DNA from: Octopus vulgaris
Lineage: Eukaryota
Length of the DNA: 64,000 nt
NCBI GenBank assembly: GCA_951406725.2
Contig: OX597837.1
Coordinates: 9,796,001-9,860,000 of the forward strand
Direction of reading: 5' to 3'
The notes under the pieces are model-generated. The model made no database searches. It saw only the letters and a program-made list of their open reading frames with translations, and was not told where the DNA came from. The translations under genes and the position numbers were made by a program. Shown piece by piece: positions 29,532 through 41,217 of the stretch. How positions within the stretch are numbered: the first letter of the stretch is position 1; each line of letters opens with the position of its first letter.

Positions 29532-30224
29532 ACTCTCTTTCTCTCTTTTCTCTCTTTTACTTGTTTCAGTCATTTGACTGCGGCCATGCTGGAGCACCGC
29601 CTTTAGTCGAGCAAATCGACCCCGGGACTTATTCTTTTGTAAGCCCAGTACTTATTCTATCGGTCTCTTTTGCCGAACCGCTAAGTTACGGGGACGTAAA
29701 CACACCAGCATCGGTTGTCAAGCGATGTTGAGGGGACAAACACAGACACACAAAGACACACACATATATATACATATGCATATTTACTTAAAAAACGACG
29801 GGCTTCTTTTCAGTTTCTGTCTACCAAATGCACTCACAAGGCTTTTGGCTCGGCCCAAGGCTATAGTAGAAGACACTTGCCCAACGTGCCACCCCGGGAC
29901 TTATTCTTTGTAAGCCCAGTACTTATTCTATCAGCCTCTTTTGCCGAACCGCTAAGTTACGGGGATATAAACACACCAGCATCGGTTGTCAAGCAATGCT
30001 AGGGGGACAGACACAGACACGCAAACATACACGCACACATATATATATATATACATATATACGACGGGCTTCTTTCAGTTTCCGTCAACCAATTCCACTC
30101 ACAAGGCTTTGGTCGGCCCGAGGCTATAGTAGAAGACACTTGCCCAAGGTGCCACGCAGTGGGACTGAACCCGGAACCATGTGGTTGGTAAGCAAGCTAC
30201 TTACCACACACCCACTCCTGCGCC
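29532..30224 (-). mobile_element. Family-A SINE with internal duplication (two overlapping copies)
   Basis: Segment CCCGGGACTTATTC...AGACACTTGCCCAA occurs twice (from ~29620 and ~29892); head ends at 30224. Confidence 0.85.
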
Positions 30225-30341
30225 TATATATCCCCAATCCCCAATATATATGTAACCCTTTATAGTTGACGTACAAACTTGGCAAATTTTATTATTTCTC
30301 AAGGTGGCGAACCGGCAGAATCGTTAGCACACTGGACGCAA

Positions 30342-30790
30342 TGTGGAGGCACATGGCCTAGTGGTTAGAGCAGCGGACTCGCGGTCGAGGGATCGCGGGT
30401 TCGAATCTCAGACCGGGCGATGTAGCCTCCCAGCAGCAAACCCCCTCCTATCACAGTTTGACCACAGTCTTCAGTAGCTTCACATAAGTTTTCTGAATTG
30501 AGCCTGAGGCCCTGTGCAGAGATATGGGTCAGCAGGGCATCGGCTTCAGTGGAGGCACACCCGGAGACCTTCACAGTTTGCGGGAAACTGGTCTTGTGGA
30601 GGCACATGGCCCAGTGGTTAGATCAGCGGACTCGCGGTCGAGGGATCGCGGTTTCGAATCTCAGACCGGGCGATGTGTGTGTTTATGAGCGAAAACACCT
30701 AAGCTCCCCGCGTCTCCGGCAGAAAGGTCATGGCGAACTTCTGCTGACTCTTTCGCCACAACTTTCTCTCCATCTTTCCTCCTGCATCTT
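30342..30790 (+). mobile_element. Family-C SINE with a duplicated 82-bp tRNA head around a 171-bp insert
   Basis: 30342-30423 vs 30595-30676, three mismatches. Confidence 0.8.
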
Positions 30791-30934
30791 TAAACAGAGA
30801 ATATTTTAATGGTTTTTAAAATTATTTTCAAGTGAATGGCGAGGTTTTCGTTGTCCTCCGTAAATTTCCGTGAAAAATTGTTTATCTATTTACTTTTCTT
30901 TTAAAATGAAAGGAAGGAGAAAGTGAAAGATATA

Positions 30935-31342
30935 TACTCTTTTACTCTTTTACTTCTTTCAGTCATTTGACTGCGGCCATGCTGGAGCACCGCCTTTAAT
31001 CGAGCAACTCGAAACCGAGACTTATTCTTTTGTAAGCCCAGTACTTATTCTATCGGTCTCTTTTGCCGATCCGCTAGGTAACGGGGACGTAAACACACCA
31101 GCATCGGTTGCCAAGCAATGTTAGGGGGACAAACACAGACACACAAACACACACACACACATATATACATATATATATACGACAGGCTTCTTTCAGTTTC
31201 CGTCTATCAAATCCACTCACAAAGTTTTGGTCGGCCCGAGTCTATAGTAGAAGACACTTGCCCAAGGTGCCACACAGTGGGACTGAACCCGGAACCATGT
31301 GGTTGGTAAACAAGCTACTTACCACACTGCCACTCCTGCGCC
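30935..31342 (-). mobile_element. Full-length family-A SINE
   Basis: Reverse complement of 28826-29233. Confidence 0.9.
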
Positions 31343-31697
31343 TATGTACGTTTATCTGAAACGGACGTGTGTGTGTGTGAAAGAGGGATAATTAAAATAA
31401 GGTAAATCCATATATGTAGATTATTAAGGGGAACAGTCTAAAAAGGCACGTGATATTTGGGATTTATAATTTACCAATTGGTAAATTATAAAGGTGGTGT
31501 TCTGAGTTCAAATTCCGCCGAGGTCGACTTTGCCTTTCATCCTTTCGGGGTCGATAAATTAAATACCAGTTGCGCACTGGGGTCGATGTAGGCGATTTAA
31601 TACCTTTGTCTGTCCTGGTTTGTCCCCTCTATGTTTAGCCCCTTGTGGGTAATAAAGAAATAGGTAAAATATAAAGGTAATGGTGGCGGTGGTTGTG

Positions 31698-31753
<56 letters not shown>

Positions 31754-33266
31754 TGTTGTTGTTGTTGTTGTTGTTGTGGGGAGTGGGGGCCGTCATACGC
31801 TGCCCTCCAATCACTCACCAGTTCTCAACAAATTCTGATTATGTGGTTCTGCTACAGTTTCGATTTATTCGTTCAAGATCGAGTTGAAGTTCAATAGTTA
31901 TTAAGGTTACGTGATCGATAATTGCTACGGCAGCAGCAGCGGCAGTAGTAGTAGCATTAGATAGGGGGTTTTCTATTGTTTTTTTTTCTCCTTATTTTGC
32001 ATATGTCATTAGACATGTAAGCCTAAGGTAAATATAGCAAAGGTCAACAGCGTGTTCAAGGCAGAAGCTGAAAGTGTTCTTCGCCTCGGTTCATAAAGAA
32101 CTTTTAAAGAAACTCACGAAGAACTTTTAAGATATGAGATAAAGGAAGCGGGAGGGAGAGGAAGAGGAGGGGGGAGAAGAAAAAGAAGAAGAAGAAGAAG
32201 AAGAAAAAGAAGAAGAAGAAGAAGAAGAATAAAGAAGGGGTAGAAGAAGAAGAAGAAAAAGAAGAAGAAGAAAAGGGGAAGAAGGGGAAGAAGAAGTAGA
32301 AAAGAAGAAAAAGAAAAGGAAGAAGGTAAAGAAGAAAAGGGGAAGAATAACCAAAAGAAAGAAGAACAGGAAGGTGAAGAAGAAGAAGAAGAAGAAGAAA
32401 GCAGTAGTAGTAGTAGTAGTAGTAGTAGGAGGAGGAGGAGGAGGAGGAGGAGGAACGTCCGTGGCTGTCACCACCAAATTGTATTGCACTATCGGAAGGT
32501 GTCGAAATTGTAATGATATTTGGCCAATAACTAATTAGGGGTTCAACCTATCCGAGTCCATAGTTTTTTTTTTCTTTTCTTGTTTGCCCTTCCTTTTTTT
32601 ATATCTCTTTTTTGTCGACCCCCTTGCAACATTTTTTTTTTTAATTTTCTGTTCCCTTTACGGGAATGCGATCCATAAACAGAACATTTTGAGTATTGGA
32701 AAACATTTCCGGCATATATCTGTGATCCACGCATGCGCACGATTAAACGCTTTAACGGGGAGGAATGTCGTTAGAGAGTAGGAAAAGCACTTTTCATTAA
32801 TTCGTCCAGTACTTTACGACCTAAACTCATATCCTGTCTAGGTCAACTTTACCTTTCATTAATTTCAGGGTCGATAAATAAAGTACTGCTCAAGTACTGG
32901 ATCGATCGTATCGACTAATCTCTTCCTTCGAAATTACTGGCCTTTTACCAAAATTAGAAACCATTATATTATTGGATAAACTTTGGCAAAGGGAGATTGA
33001 CAATCGGTAATGGAGATCGATATCGATCTTATTGATTACTTATTGAATCCCAGCCTTCCAACTCCATCTTGCGTTCGTTTTTATTTGACATGTACCATAT
33101 TGTTTAGATTGCATTTGTTCACTCGTTTTGGTGGACTCATTCCGGTGATACAGTATTTCACAACTTCGACCTAGAGGTCACAATATCCTGAATAATAACA
33201 ATTGGTGTTCCGCCCATGACACACGTGAACTGTGTTACAATTGATTATGAACGTAAGTGCGTGTAC

Positions 33267-33355
<89 letters not shown>

Positions 33356-33404
33356 CGTGTGCGTGCGTGTGCGTGTGTGTGTGTGCATATATATATGTAC
33401 ACTG

Positions 33405-33703
33405 CAACATAATTTCTTTTCCTCAACAGGGCCTGCCCTATTTAACATTGTCCCGAAAGAGATCAAAGAGGAAAAGGATCCCATCAACTTCAAACGGAGT
33501 CTGGATAGATTCCTTCAAGGAATACCAGATAAGCCACTCATAATTGGATACAACTCACCCAACAAAAACTCACTACTTGAATGGACCATAAACAAGACTT
33601 GACTTATACAGGATTTAGATAATCCTATCAGGTGGTGCTATTAAGTTAGACATGGCCTGGACCAATCTTTGGTCGAAACATATCTAAGTTTTATCTAAGT
33701 TTT
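33405..33703 (+). pseudogene. 3' end of a CR1-like LINE (ORF2 C-terminus, 3' UTR, short repeat tail)
   Basis: HNFFSSTGPALFNIVPKEIKEEKDPINFKRSLDRFLQGIPDKP...NSLLEW*, then tail TATCTAAGTTT x2. Confidence 0.8.
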
Positions 33704-33787
33704 ACGTATATATATACTCTTTGTAATGTTGGCAAATGGAATAAGTATAAGAATGTGCTTTGTCCGTTTAATTAAAAAAATTCTATA

Positions 33788-33875
33788 TGTGGCTGAAGAT
33801 TGCTCGACATTTTAAAATTTATGTAATACTTACAGTGTTTGATAAAATGAAGTAGCATGAAACAATTGTACTACA
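33788..33875 (+). ncRNA. Type I hammerhead ribozyme-like motif
   Basis: TGTGG-CTGAAGA-tTGCT...AGCAt-GAAA-CAATTG-TA-CTACA; 5-bp stem I, palindromic stem III; loop 2 homologous to 21842-21890. Confidence 0.7.
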
Positions 33876-33997
33876 CTACCTTGGATATCCTTGTTGCTTA
33901 TCTTGATTATAATCACCCCATTTGATTTATATGGATAATACCATACAAAATTCTGGTGCCTTTAACTTAAGTACCATATTCATCTGAATCTAAATTA

Positions 33998-34084
<87 letters not shown>

Positions 34085-34334
34085 GTAGATGTCTTCAAAA
34101 AGGAACTAGACATCTTCCTCTCCACAATACTGGGTGAACCAACAGCCCGACATGAGGTGCAGACGAGGGCAGCGGAATCAAACTCCCTTGTACACCAAAT
34201 GGACCAACAGCAGGGGCAGAGGCACATACAAGAGTGCTGATGTGAAACACCCCAGACAGAGGAAATCAGAAGGAAAACGATGTTGCTCCAGCATGACCGC
34301 AGCTGCATGGCTGAAACGAGTAAAAGAGTAAAAA
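34085..34334 (+). pseudogene. 3' end of a CR1-like LINE whose tail matches SINE family A
   Basis: VDVFKKELDIFLSTILGEP...RAAESNSLVHQM; 3' tail TGCTCCAGCATGACCGCAG...CTGAAACGAGTAAAAGAGTAAAA. Confidence 0.75.
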
Positions 34335-34629
34335 AGTTATGTATGTGTGTTTGTGCGTGTGTATGTGTGCGTCTTTGTGACTGTGTTTGCCCTCACCCCA
34401 TGATCGCTTGACAACCGGTGTTAGTGTGTTTACGCCTTCGTAACTTAGTAGTTCGGCGAAAGGGGTCGATGGAATAAGTAGTAGGCTTTAAAAATAAGTC
34501 CCGTGGCCGTTGTGTTTAACTAAAAAAATTCTTCAAGGCGGTACTCCTGTATGGCCGCAGTCGAATGACTGAAACAAGTAAAAGAATAAAAGTACGTGTG
34601 TATGTGTGTGTGCGTACGGTTGTGTGTTT

Positions 34630-34962
34630 AGGAGTGGCTGTGTGGTAAGTAGCTTGCTTACCAACCACATGGCTCCGGGTTCAGTCCCACTGCGTGGCAC
34701 CTTCGGCAAGTGTCTTCTACTATAGCCCCGGGCCGACCAAAGCCTTGTGAGTGGATTTGGTAGACGAAAACAGAAAGAAGACCATCGTATATATATGTAT
34801 ATATATGGATGTATGTATGTGTGTGTATATGTTTGTATCTGTGTTTTTCCCCCCAACATCGCTTGACAACCGATGCTGGTGTGTTTACGTCCCCGTAACT
34901 TAGCGGTTCGGCAAAAGAGACCAATAGAATATGTACTAGGCTTCCAAAGAATAAGTCCTGGG
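34630..34962 (+). mobile_element. Family-A SINE, 3'-truncated
   Basis: Matches the 28830-29155 portion of the full copy. Confidence 0.85.
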
Positions 34963-35211
34963 TGCAGCAGTCTGGATGCTGTCAATTTGGCACGGCTGCT
35001 TTGACATAAAGCCTGTTTTAGCAATAGTACGTTTTGGGCACTGGAGGCAAATACACACACAAACACACACACACACACACACATACAGAAGTATACGCAC
35101 ATAGATAGAGTGAGAGAAGGGGAGAGCGATTACAATTTACTAATTTACTAATTTAGTAATTGAACATGGTTGACATAAATACTACTCCTCTCTTTATACA
35201 CATATGTGTGA

Positions 35212-35345
<134 letters not shown>

Positions 35346-35787
35346 TCACACACATAATCAGAGACGGAAAGCGCGGAAGAGGGTAGGGGAGTGTATGAGA
35401 GAAGCTTTAGAACGTCAGATGTCAAATAGGTCAGCGTCGAATCAGTGAGGCCACACGTCTGTGACAGAGTGTGACGTAGCCCTAAAAAAGGTCAGTTAAA
35501 TCATGGTCGAAAATCACAGCTTAATACACAGGCAAATAAAAAAACAAACAAACATACGCTTTTTATAACATAGTCCTAGATAAAGTATATCTGAAAACGA
35601 ACGGAATAAAGCGTGGCAGCTGGGACACTAAATAGTCCAGGTCGAAAATTACACTGACTGACGTGTAAAATAAATGGAGACGTGACAGTTGTCTGCATGT
35701 ATGTATGTATGTATGTATGTATGTATGTATGTATGTATGGATGGATGGATGGATGGATGGATGGATGGATGGATGGATGTACTTATG

Positions 35788-35821
<34 letters not shown>

Positions 35822-35947
35822 CTTATGTATGTATGTATGTATGTATGTATGTATGGATTATGGATGTATGTATGTATGTACGTATGTATGATATATACAC
35901 ACACACATACATACATATACATACATATGCATTCATACATATATGTC

Positions 35948-35991
<44 letters not shown>

Positions 35992-36389
35992 TGTATGGTA
36001 AGAGGCTTGCTTCCTAACGACATGGTTCTGGGTTCAGTCCCACTGCGTGGCACCTTTGGCCAGTGTCTACTGTAGCGTCGGGCCGACCAAATCCTTGAGT
36101 GAATTTGGTAGACGGAACCTGAAAGAAACCCATCGTGTATATATGTGTGTGTGTGTGTGTGTGTGTTTGTCCACACACCATCGCTTGACAATCGATGCTG
36201 GTGTGTTTACGTCACCGTAACTTAGTGGTTCGACAAAAGTGACCGATGGAATAAGTACTCGGCTTACAAAGAATAAGTACTAGGGTCGATTCTTCAAGGT
36301 GGTGCCCCAGCATGGCCGCAGTCTAATAACAGAAACAAACCATGTGACAGATCAGCTAACAACCTTACTACAATTTTGGTGAGCCCCTA

Positions 36390-36650
36390 TGACCATTACA
36401 TGAGACACCTAAATGTACACTCCTAATTACAAACTATACATGCATGAATTAGCATCTCCCAAATTTCACTCATAGAAATTCTCCAACCATCGTGCCATTA
36501 CAACTTAACATAAAGCATAATCATCCTTCTATAGAACTCAAGTTACCCAGGGAAATTTTGCGTCAACAGAGACTACATAAAAATCAAGATGTACTTAAAT
36601 AATTTACAGACCGAGGATGGTTTAGCTGGCCGCGACTTCTAAGACATAGT
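36390..36650 (+). pseudogene. Possible decayed Penelope-like GIY-YIG endonuclease C-terminus
   Basis: Broken frames give ...YMRHLNVHS / ITNYTCMN*HLPNF / LIEILQ...LT*SIII...CVNRD, similar to the PLE 'EH...H.FNF..KIL...ESI.I...CVNRD' pattern; followed by CCGAGGATGG (possible decayed hammerhead core). Confidence 0.3.
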
Positions 36651-36749
36651 AAACACTTTTGTTATTCAAGACTAATAAATTTGTACTCTACCAAATATGT
36701 TGAGTAATCCTTCATTTTAACGTAAAATTGCCTTTATTACGGCATATAA

Positions 36750-36803
<54 letters not shown>

Positions 36804-37054
36804 TCATATATATTAATGTTTGTCTTTATGATATAAGAAAAATAGTTTTGAATTATTTTTATTATAACATAAAGGCAAGTATTAATATATATGAATATAT
36901 ATACATATATATATATGTGTGTGTATGTATGTATGTATGTATGTATGTATGTATATTGTTGTGTCTACAGAGTCATAACGCCAATATTAATAACAAACGC
37001 ATTAAGAATCTTACAAACCAAATACAACGAATACAAATACATATATATATATAT

Positions 37055-37097
<43 letters not shown>

Positions 37098-37191
37098 TAT
37101 GTGTGTGTATATATATACATACATACATATATACATATATATATAAATATATATATATATAAACGCGCAATATGTGTACATATATGTATGA

Positions 37192-37238
<47 letters not shown>

Positions 37239-37723
37239 AACACATACATAGGTGTTGTAATGTAACAGTTGCGAAAAATATCAATAGTAAAGACTACACA
37301 GAGCTAAACATTATCGGATCGCTACAATACACACCTAAAAGCGTTATAACCCACATCTTCAAATAGCTCCCACTCTATCCGTCCTGACACACCTACCTTT
37401 AATCTAAAACCTTCACCAACACCCCAAGTACATCTCTGGCCTCTACAACCGTGAACAATTTGGCCAAGTGTAAAACGGGGTGTAGATTGTCAACTGTTAC
37501 ATCATGCGTATCTGTGTGTATGTGTATACATATATATGTTTGCCAATGCATGCATACATATTTATGTGTGTATATATATAGCAGTTGCCACCACCCCCTA
37601 CCGGAGCGTCATGGAGCTTTAGGTGTTTTCGCTCAATAAACACTCACAACGCCCAATATGGGAACCGAAACCGCGATCCTACAACCGAAAGTCCGCTGCC
37701 CTAACCACTGAGCCATTGCGCTT

Positions 37724-37774
<51 letters not shown>

Positions 37775-37878
37775 ATATATTTCATTAAATTTAGGGTAAA
37801 AATTGATATTTATCAATTAGAACCAGTGGTCTAGCATATTAAAGAAAGAATCCGAAGATTAAAATATTTATATATACC

Positions 37879-38102
37879 AATTAAGGACTGAACACGAAAA
37901 AGTGGACAGTCAACATGCTAGATATAGACGTCAAATTGCCATTCTCCACAAAAAGTCTATGTTCTCAGATCAAACTCAACACAAAACCAACACAAAACAC
38001 TTTTGTGTTGAGTTTGATCTGAGAACATAGACTTTTTGTGGAGAATGGCAATTTGACGTCTATATCTAGCATGTTGACTGTCCACTTTTTCGTGTTCAGT
38101 CC

Positions 38103-38108
<6 letters not shown>
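37879..38108. repeat. Perfect 108-bp inverted repeat with 14-bp spacer
   Basis: 37879-37986 is the reverse complement of 38001-38108; embedded between (TA)n tracts. Confidence 0.95.
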
Positions 38109-38159
<51 letters not shown>

Positions 38160-38265
38160 CTCCGGTATATATATATATATATATATATATATACCGGAGT
38201 AAACACATAAATGTGAAACAATGTGGAAAAAAGAGTATTCAAATACCAGGGGTAAAGTAATATGG

Positions 38266-38391
38266 TTTATTTCAAAGCAGCAGAAATTCAACAAAACCTG
38301 TTACTCTGAGTTTAACAAAAACTGTCCGACGAACGGGAACGTGAAACTCAGAGTGACAGGTTTTGTTGAATTTCTGCTGCTTTGAAATAAA
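38266..38391 (+). repeat. 48-bp inverted repeat overlapping a variant minimal hammerhead motif (38314-38367)
   Basis: Arms 38266-38313 and 38344-38391; AAAACTGT-CCGACGA-ACG(GGAA)CGT-GAAA-CTCAGAG-TG-ACAGGTTTT. Confidence 0.7.
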
Positions 38392-38444
<53 letters not shown>

Positions 38445-39142
38445 ATATACATATATATATACACACACACATTTATCACACATATGTGTTTATGTGGGGG
38501 GGAGACGTATCCGTGTGTGTATTAGCGTGTTTGTTTTTGCGTCCATCAGCGCTTGACAACCATTGCTGTGGTTTTTAAGTACCCCGTTAAATTAAGTGCA
38601 ACGCTTAAAAAACATAAGTATAAACTTGATTTGCTCGATTAAACCCGTCGAGTCGGTGCTCCAGCATGGCTGCGGTCGAGTGACTGGAACAAATAAACGA
38701 TAAACTATAATGAAACAGCTGCGGCAACATCCTGAAAAGCCGTGCTTCGGTAACAGCTTTATGATTATAAATACGTGTTTGTAGATCTATGAGCATCAGT
38801 CATGAATTGATTGTCTATAAAAATTATATTATAAACGGTAGAACCGTTGGAACGTGGCTCTGAATTGACATCTGACTTGTTAGTAGTCTCTCAAATAGGA
38901 GAAACACGATGCCGTAATTTCTTGCTGAACAACTTGGTTAAAAGATTTGTTTATTGTGATCAAATGTTTGTGCTGTGTAACCCAACCTCCATTGAATCAA
39001 CATTGTCCATATATATTCTGTTGTCTCCCCTACTTCTTCGCTCTCGTGTGTGACCCTTCTGCCTGGCAGTCGCCATGATAGATCGTTAGCCACTACACAC
39101 ATTTTTTCTCTCCTCGTTTCTCTCCTTGTTTTTTTCTGTGTA

Positions 39143-39268
39143 TCTTTCTGTAGAAGAGCGTAGGCTCGAAACGTAAAAGACTTTTTCAATTCCTGAGCGT
39201 TATACTAATACATTTGTTTGTTTTGTACGCCACCTGTCTTCGTCTTTTGTTTTTTTCGTAAACTGTCC

Positions 39269-39326
<58 letters not shown>

Positions 39327-39601
39327 CTTTCTGTAGAAGAGCGTAGGCTCGAAACGTAAAAGACTTTTTCAATTCCTGAGCGTTATGCTAATACATTTGT
39401 TTGTTTTGTACGCCACCTGTCTTCGTCTTTTGTTGTTTTTTTCGTAAACTCTCCCTCTATATATATATATATATGTCCCTTTCTGTAGAAGAGCGTAGGC
39501 TCGAAACGTAAAAGACTTTTTCAATTCCTGAGCGTTATACTAATACATCTGTTTCTTTTGTACACCACCTGTCTTCGTCTTTTGTTTTTTTCGTAAACTC
39601 T

Positions 39602-39605
<4 letters not shown>
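39143..39605 (+). repeat. Three tandem ~130-bp units separated by (TA)n, each with an atypical minimal hammerhead-like motif
   Basis: CTTT-CTGTAGAA-GAGC(GTAG)GCTC-GAAA-CG-TA-AAAG at 39144, 39327 and 39479. Confidence 0.75.
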
Positions 39606-39656
<51 letters not shown>

Positions 39657-39845
39657 AAGAAAAAGTAAATGGAGATTGGGAAGTTAATAACTCAGATTCA
39701 CATACTTAATGCAGCGGTCCTCCAGGTTTTCTAAACCGTGTAAAAGAACACAGAAGGTTGCGCACCCAACCAGGCCTTTCGAGATACCCTTAAAGCCAGG
39801 AACATTTCAGTCCCCACCTTGTATATGTATATAAATATATGTATA

Positions 39846-40231
39846 CTAGCAGTATCGCCCGGCGTTGCTCAGGTTTGTAAGGGAAATAACTATAAAGCAT
39901 TTTTAGAGAGTTATAGCCAAAAAATAGCAAAAAAATGGGAAAAAATGATGGTAAATTTTTTTTTTGAGATTTAAAAAAGGTGGAGTTGCGTCCCCTAGAC
40001 AGTTTATGGTTTGTGTTTCTGATTCTCGACCCCATGTCGAATTTATCGATCTTTTTCAGAACTGGGGGAACTTTTCAAAATTTTCGCTGCGTTAGTTTTG
40101 AATTATGACATTGGGCCCTGTGTGTGTCAAGTTTCATCAGAATCGGTTGAAAGCCGTGGTCAGGGTGAGGGTACAAGCAAACAGACACACAGAAACACGC
40201 ACAGACAAACTGCCGTTTATATAGAGAGAGA
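39846..40231 (-). mobile_element. Non-autonomous Helitron
   Basis: Minus strand begins TC(TC)nTATATAAACGGCAGTTTGTCTGT and ends GAGCAACGCCGGGCGATACTGCTAG|T (GC-rich subterminal hairpin plus CTAG). Confidence 0.75.
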
Positions 40232-40491
40232 TATATACATATATATTTCGAAACGCAGAGTAGATGAAACCATGGCGACTGAAGAAGGGGAATTTTCCTT
40301 GTGTTATTTGTCCTGTACTCTATTTTTTCGTTGTTTAAGAAAAATGTCCATTTCCTTGGTTTTGTCTTTGTTTTCGTTTCTCATTGTGTTCGACGTTTTT
40401 TTTTGGTGTCCTGTACCCATATATGCATGTATATATACATGTAGAGGTAGGTACGTACATATATGTATGTATATATGCATGTTTTATTTCT

Positions 40492-40528
<37 letters not shown>

Positions 40529-40657
40529 GGTATGATGTTGGGAGGTGGGGGAGGCGAGAGTGGTGAAAGCAGGGGTGGGTGTGGGTTCGGCTGAGAGTTG
40601 GGGTAGATTTGGGGTATGTGGGTAGGCAGAGGGTGGGGGTAGAGGTGGGGTTTGTGG

Positions 40658-40692
<35 letters not shown>

Positions 40693-40721
40693 CATATAAT
40701 CTTTTTTCTCTATTTTACCAG

Positions 40722-40871
40722 CTTGGTTGTATGTAGTACGGGTCTTCATCTTCCTGGCCACCGTTCAGAGCATCATCGCAACAGTTGTAATCTTCGCTTA
40801 CACCTGCATGTCCCAATTGAATGGTCAACGAAACATTCTTTTGTTTATCATAATTGATAACCTCGTCATAG
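40722..40871 (+). CDS. Claudin/PMP-22/EMP-like protein, coding exon 2 of 3
   Basis: Acceptor CTTTTTTCTCTATTTTACCAG|; 150 nt, phase 1-1; (A)WLYVVRVFIFLATVQSIIATVVIFAYTCMSQLNGQRNILLFIIIDNLVI; donor G|GTAAGA. Confidence 0.85.
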
Positions 40872-40900
40872 GTAAGATACACGGCAACACGCACAAAAGG

Positions 40901-41217
40901 TAACATTACGTGTCCGGAAAATTCGCCGTAAGAAATTTCGCCTTATAAGAAAATTGACCGTAAGACAAATTCGCGTTATGGACAATGATAAAGCGAATTA
41001 TATCAGCATCTCTTTTTAAATAAAAAGGGAAGTATGATAAAAGGTCTTATGAAATTTTTAAACAGGTAAATCGTAATTCAATCTCAAGCATCGAAAAAGC
41101 GTAATGAAGAAATTTAACCTTTAGCACACTGTAGGTGCATCGTATAACCGTATGGGTTTTCTCCCCTGTTAAGACGAAATTTCTTACGGCGAATGTTCCT
41201 GCGACAAAAATGTTAAT
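40901..41217. mobile_element. MITE with imperfect TIRs and subterminal repeats
   Basis: GGAAAATTCGCCGTAAGAAATTTCG (from ~40915) vs CGAAATTTCTTACGGCGAATGTTCC (41175-41199). Confidence 0.6.

Noticed and set aside
30345-30420. tRNA gene call for SINE heads (also 8310-8390 and 28826-28895)
   Set aside because: A/B boxes are present but there is no proper acceptor stem or terminator, and elsewhere the same heads continue into SINE bodies.
40245-40302. GAAACCATGG...CTGAAGA-AGGGGAATTTTCCTT as a hammerhead
   Set aside because: Elements are not in a workable order with a UH triplet, and no GAAA follows the hairpin.
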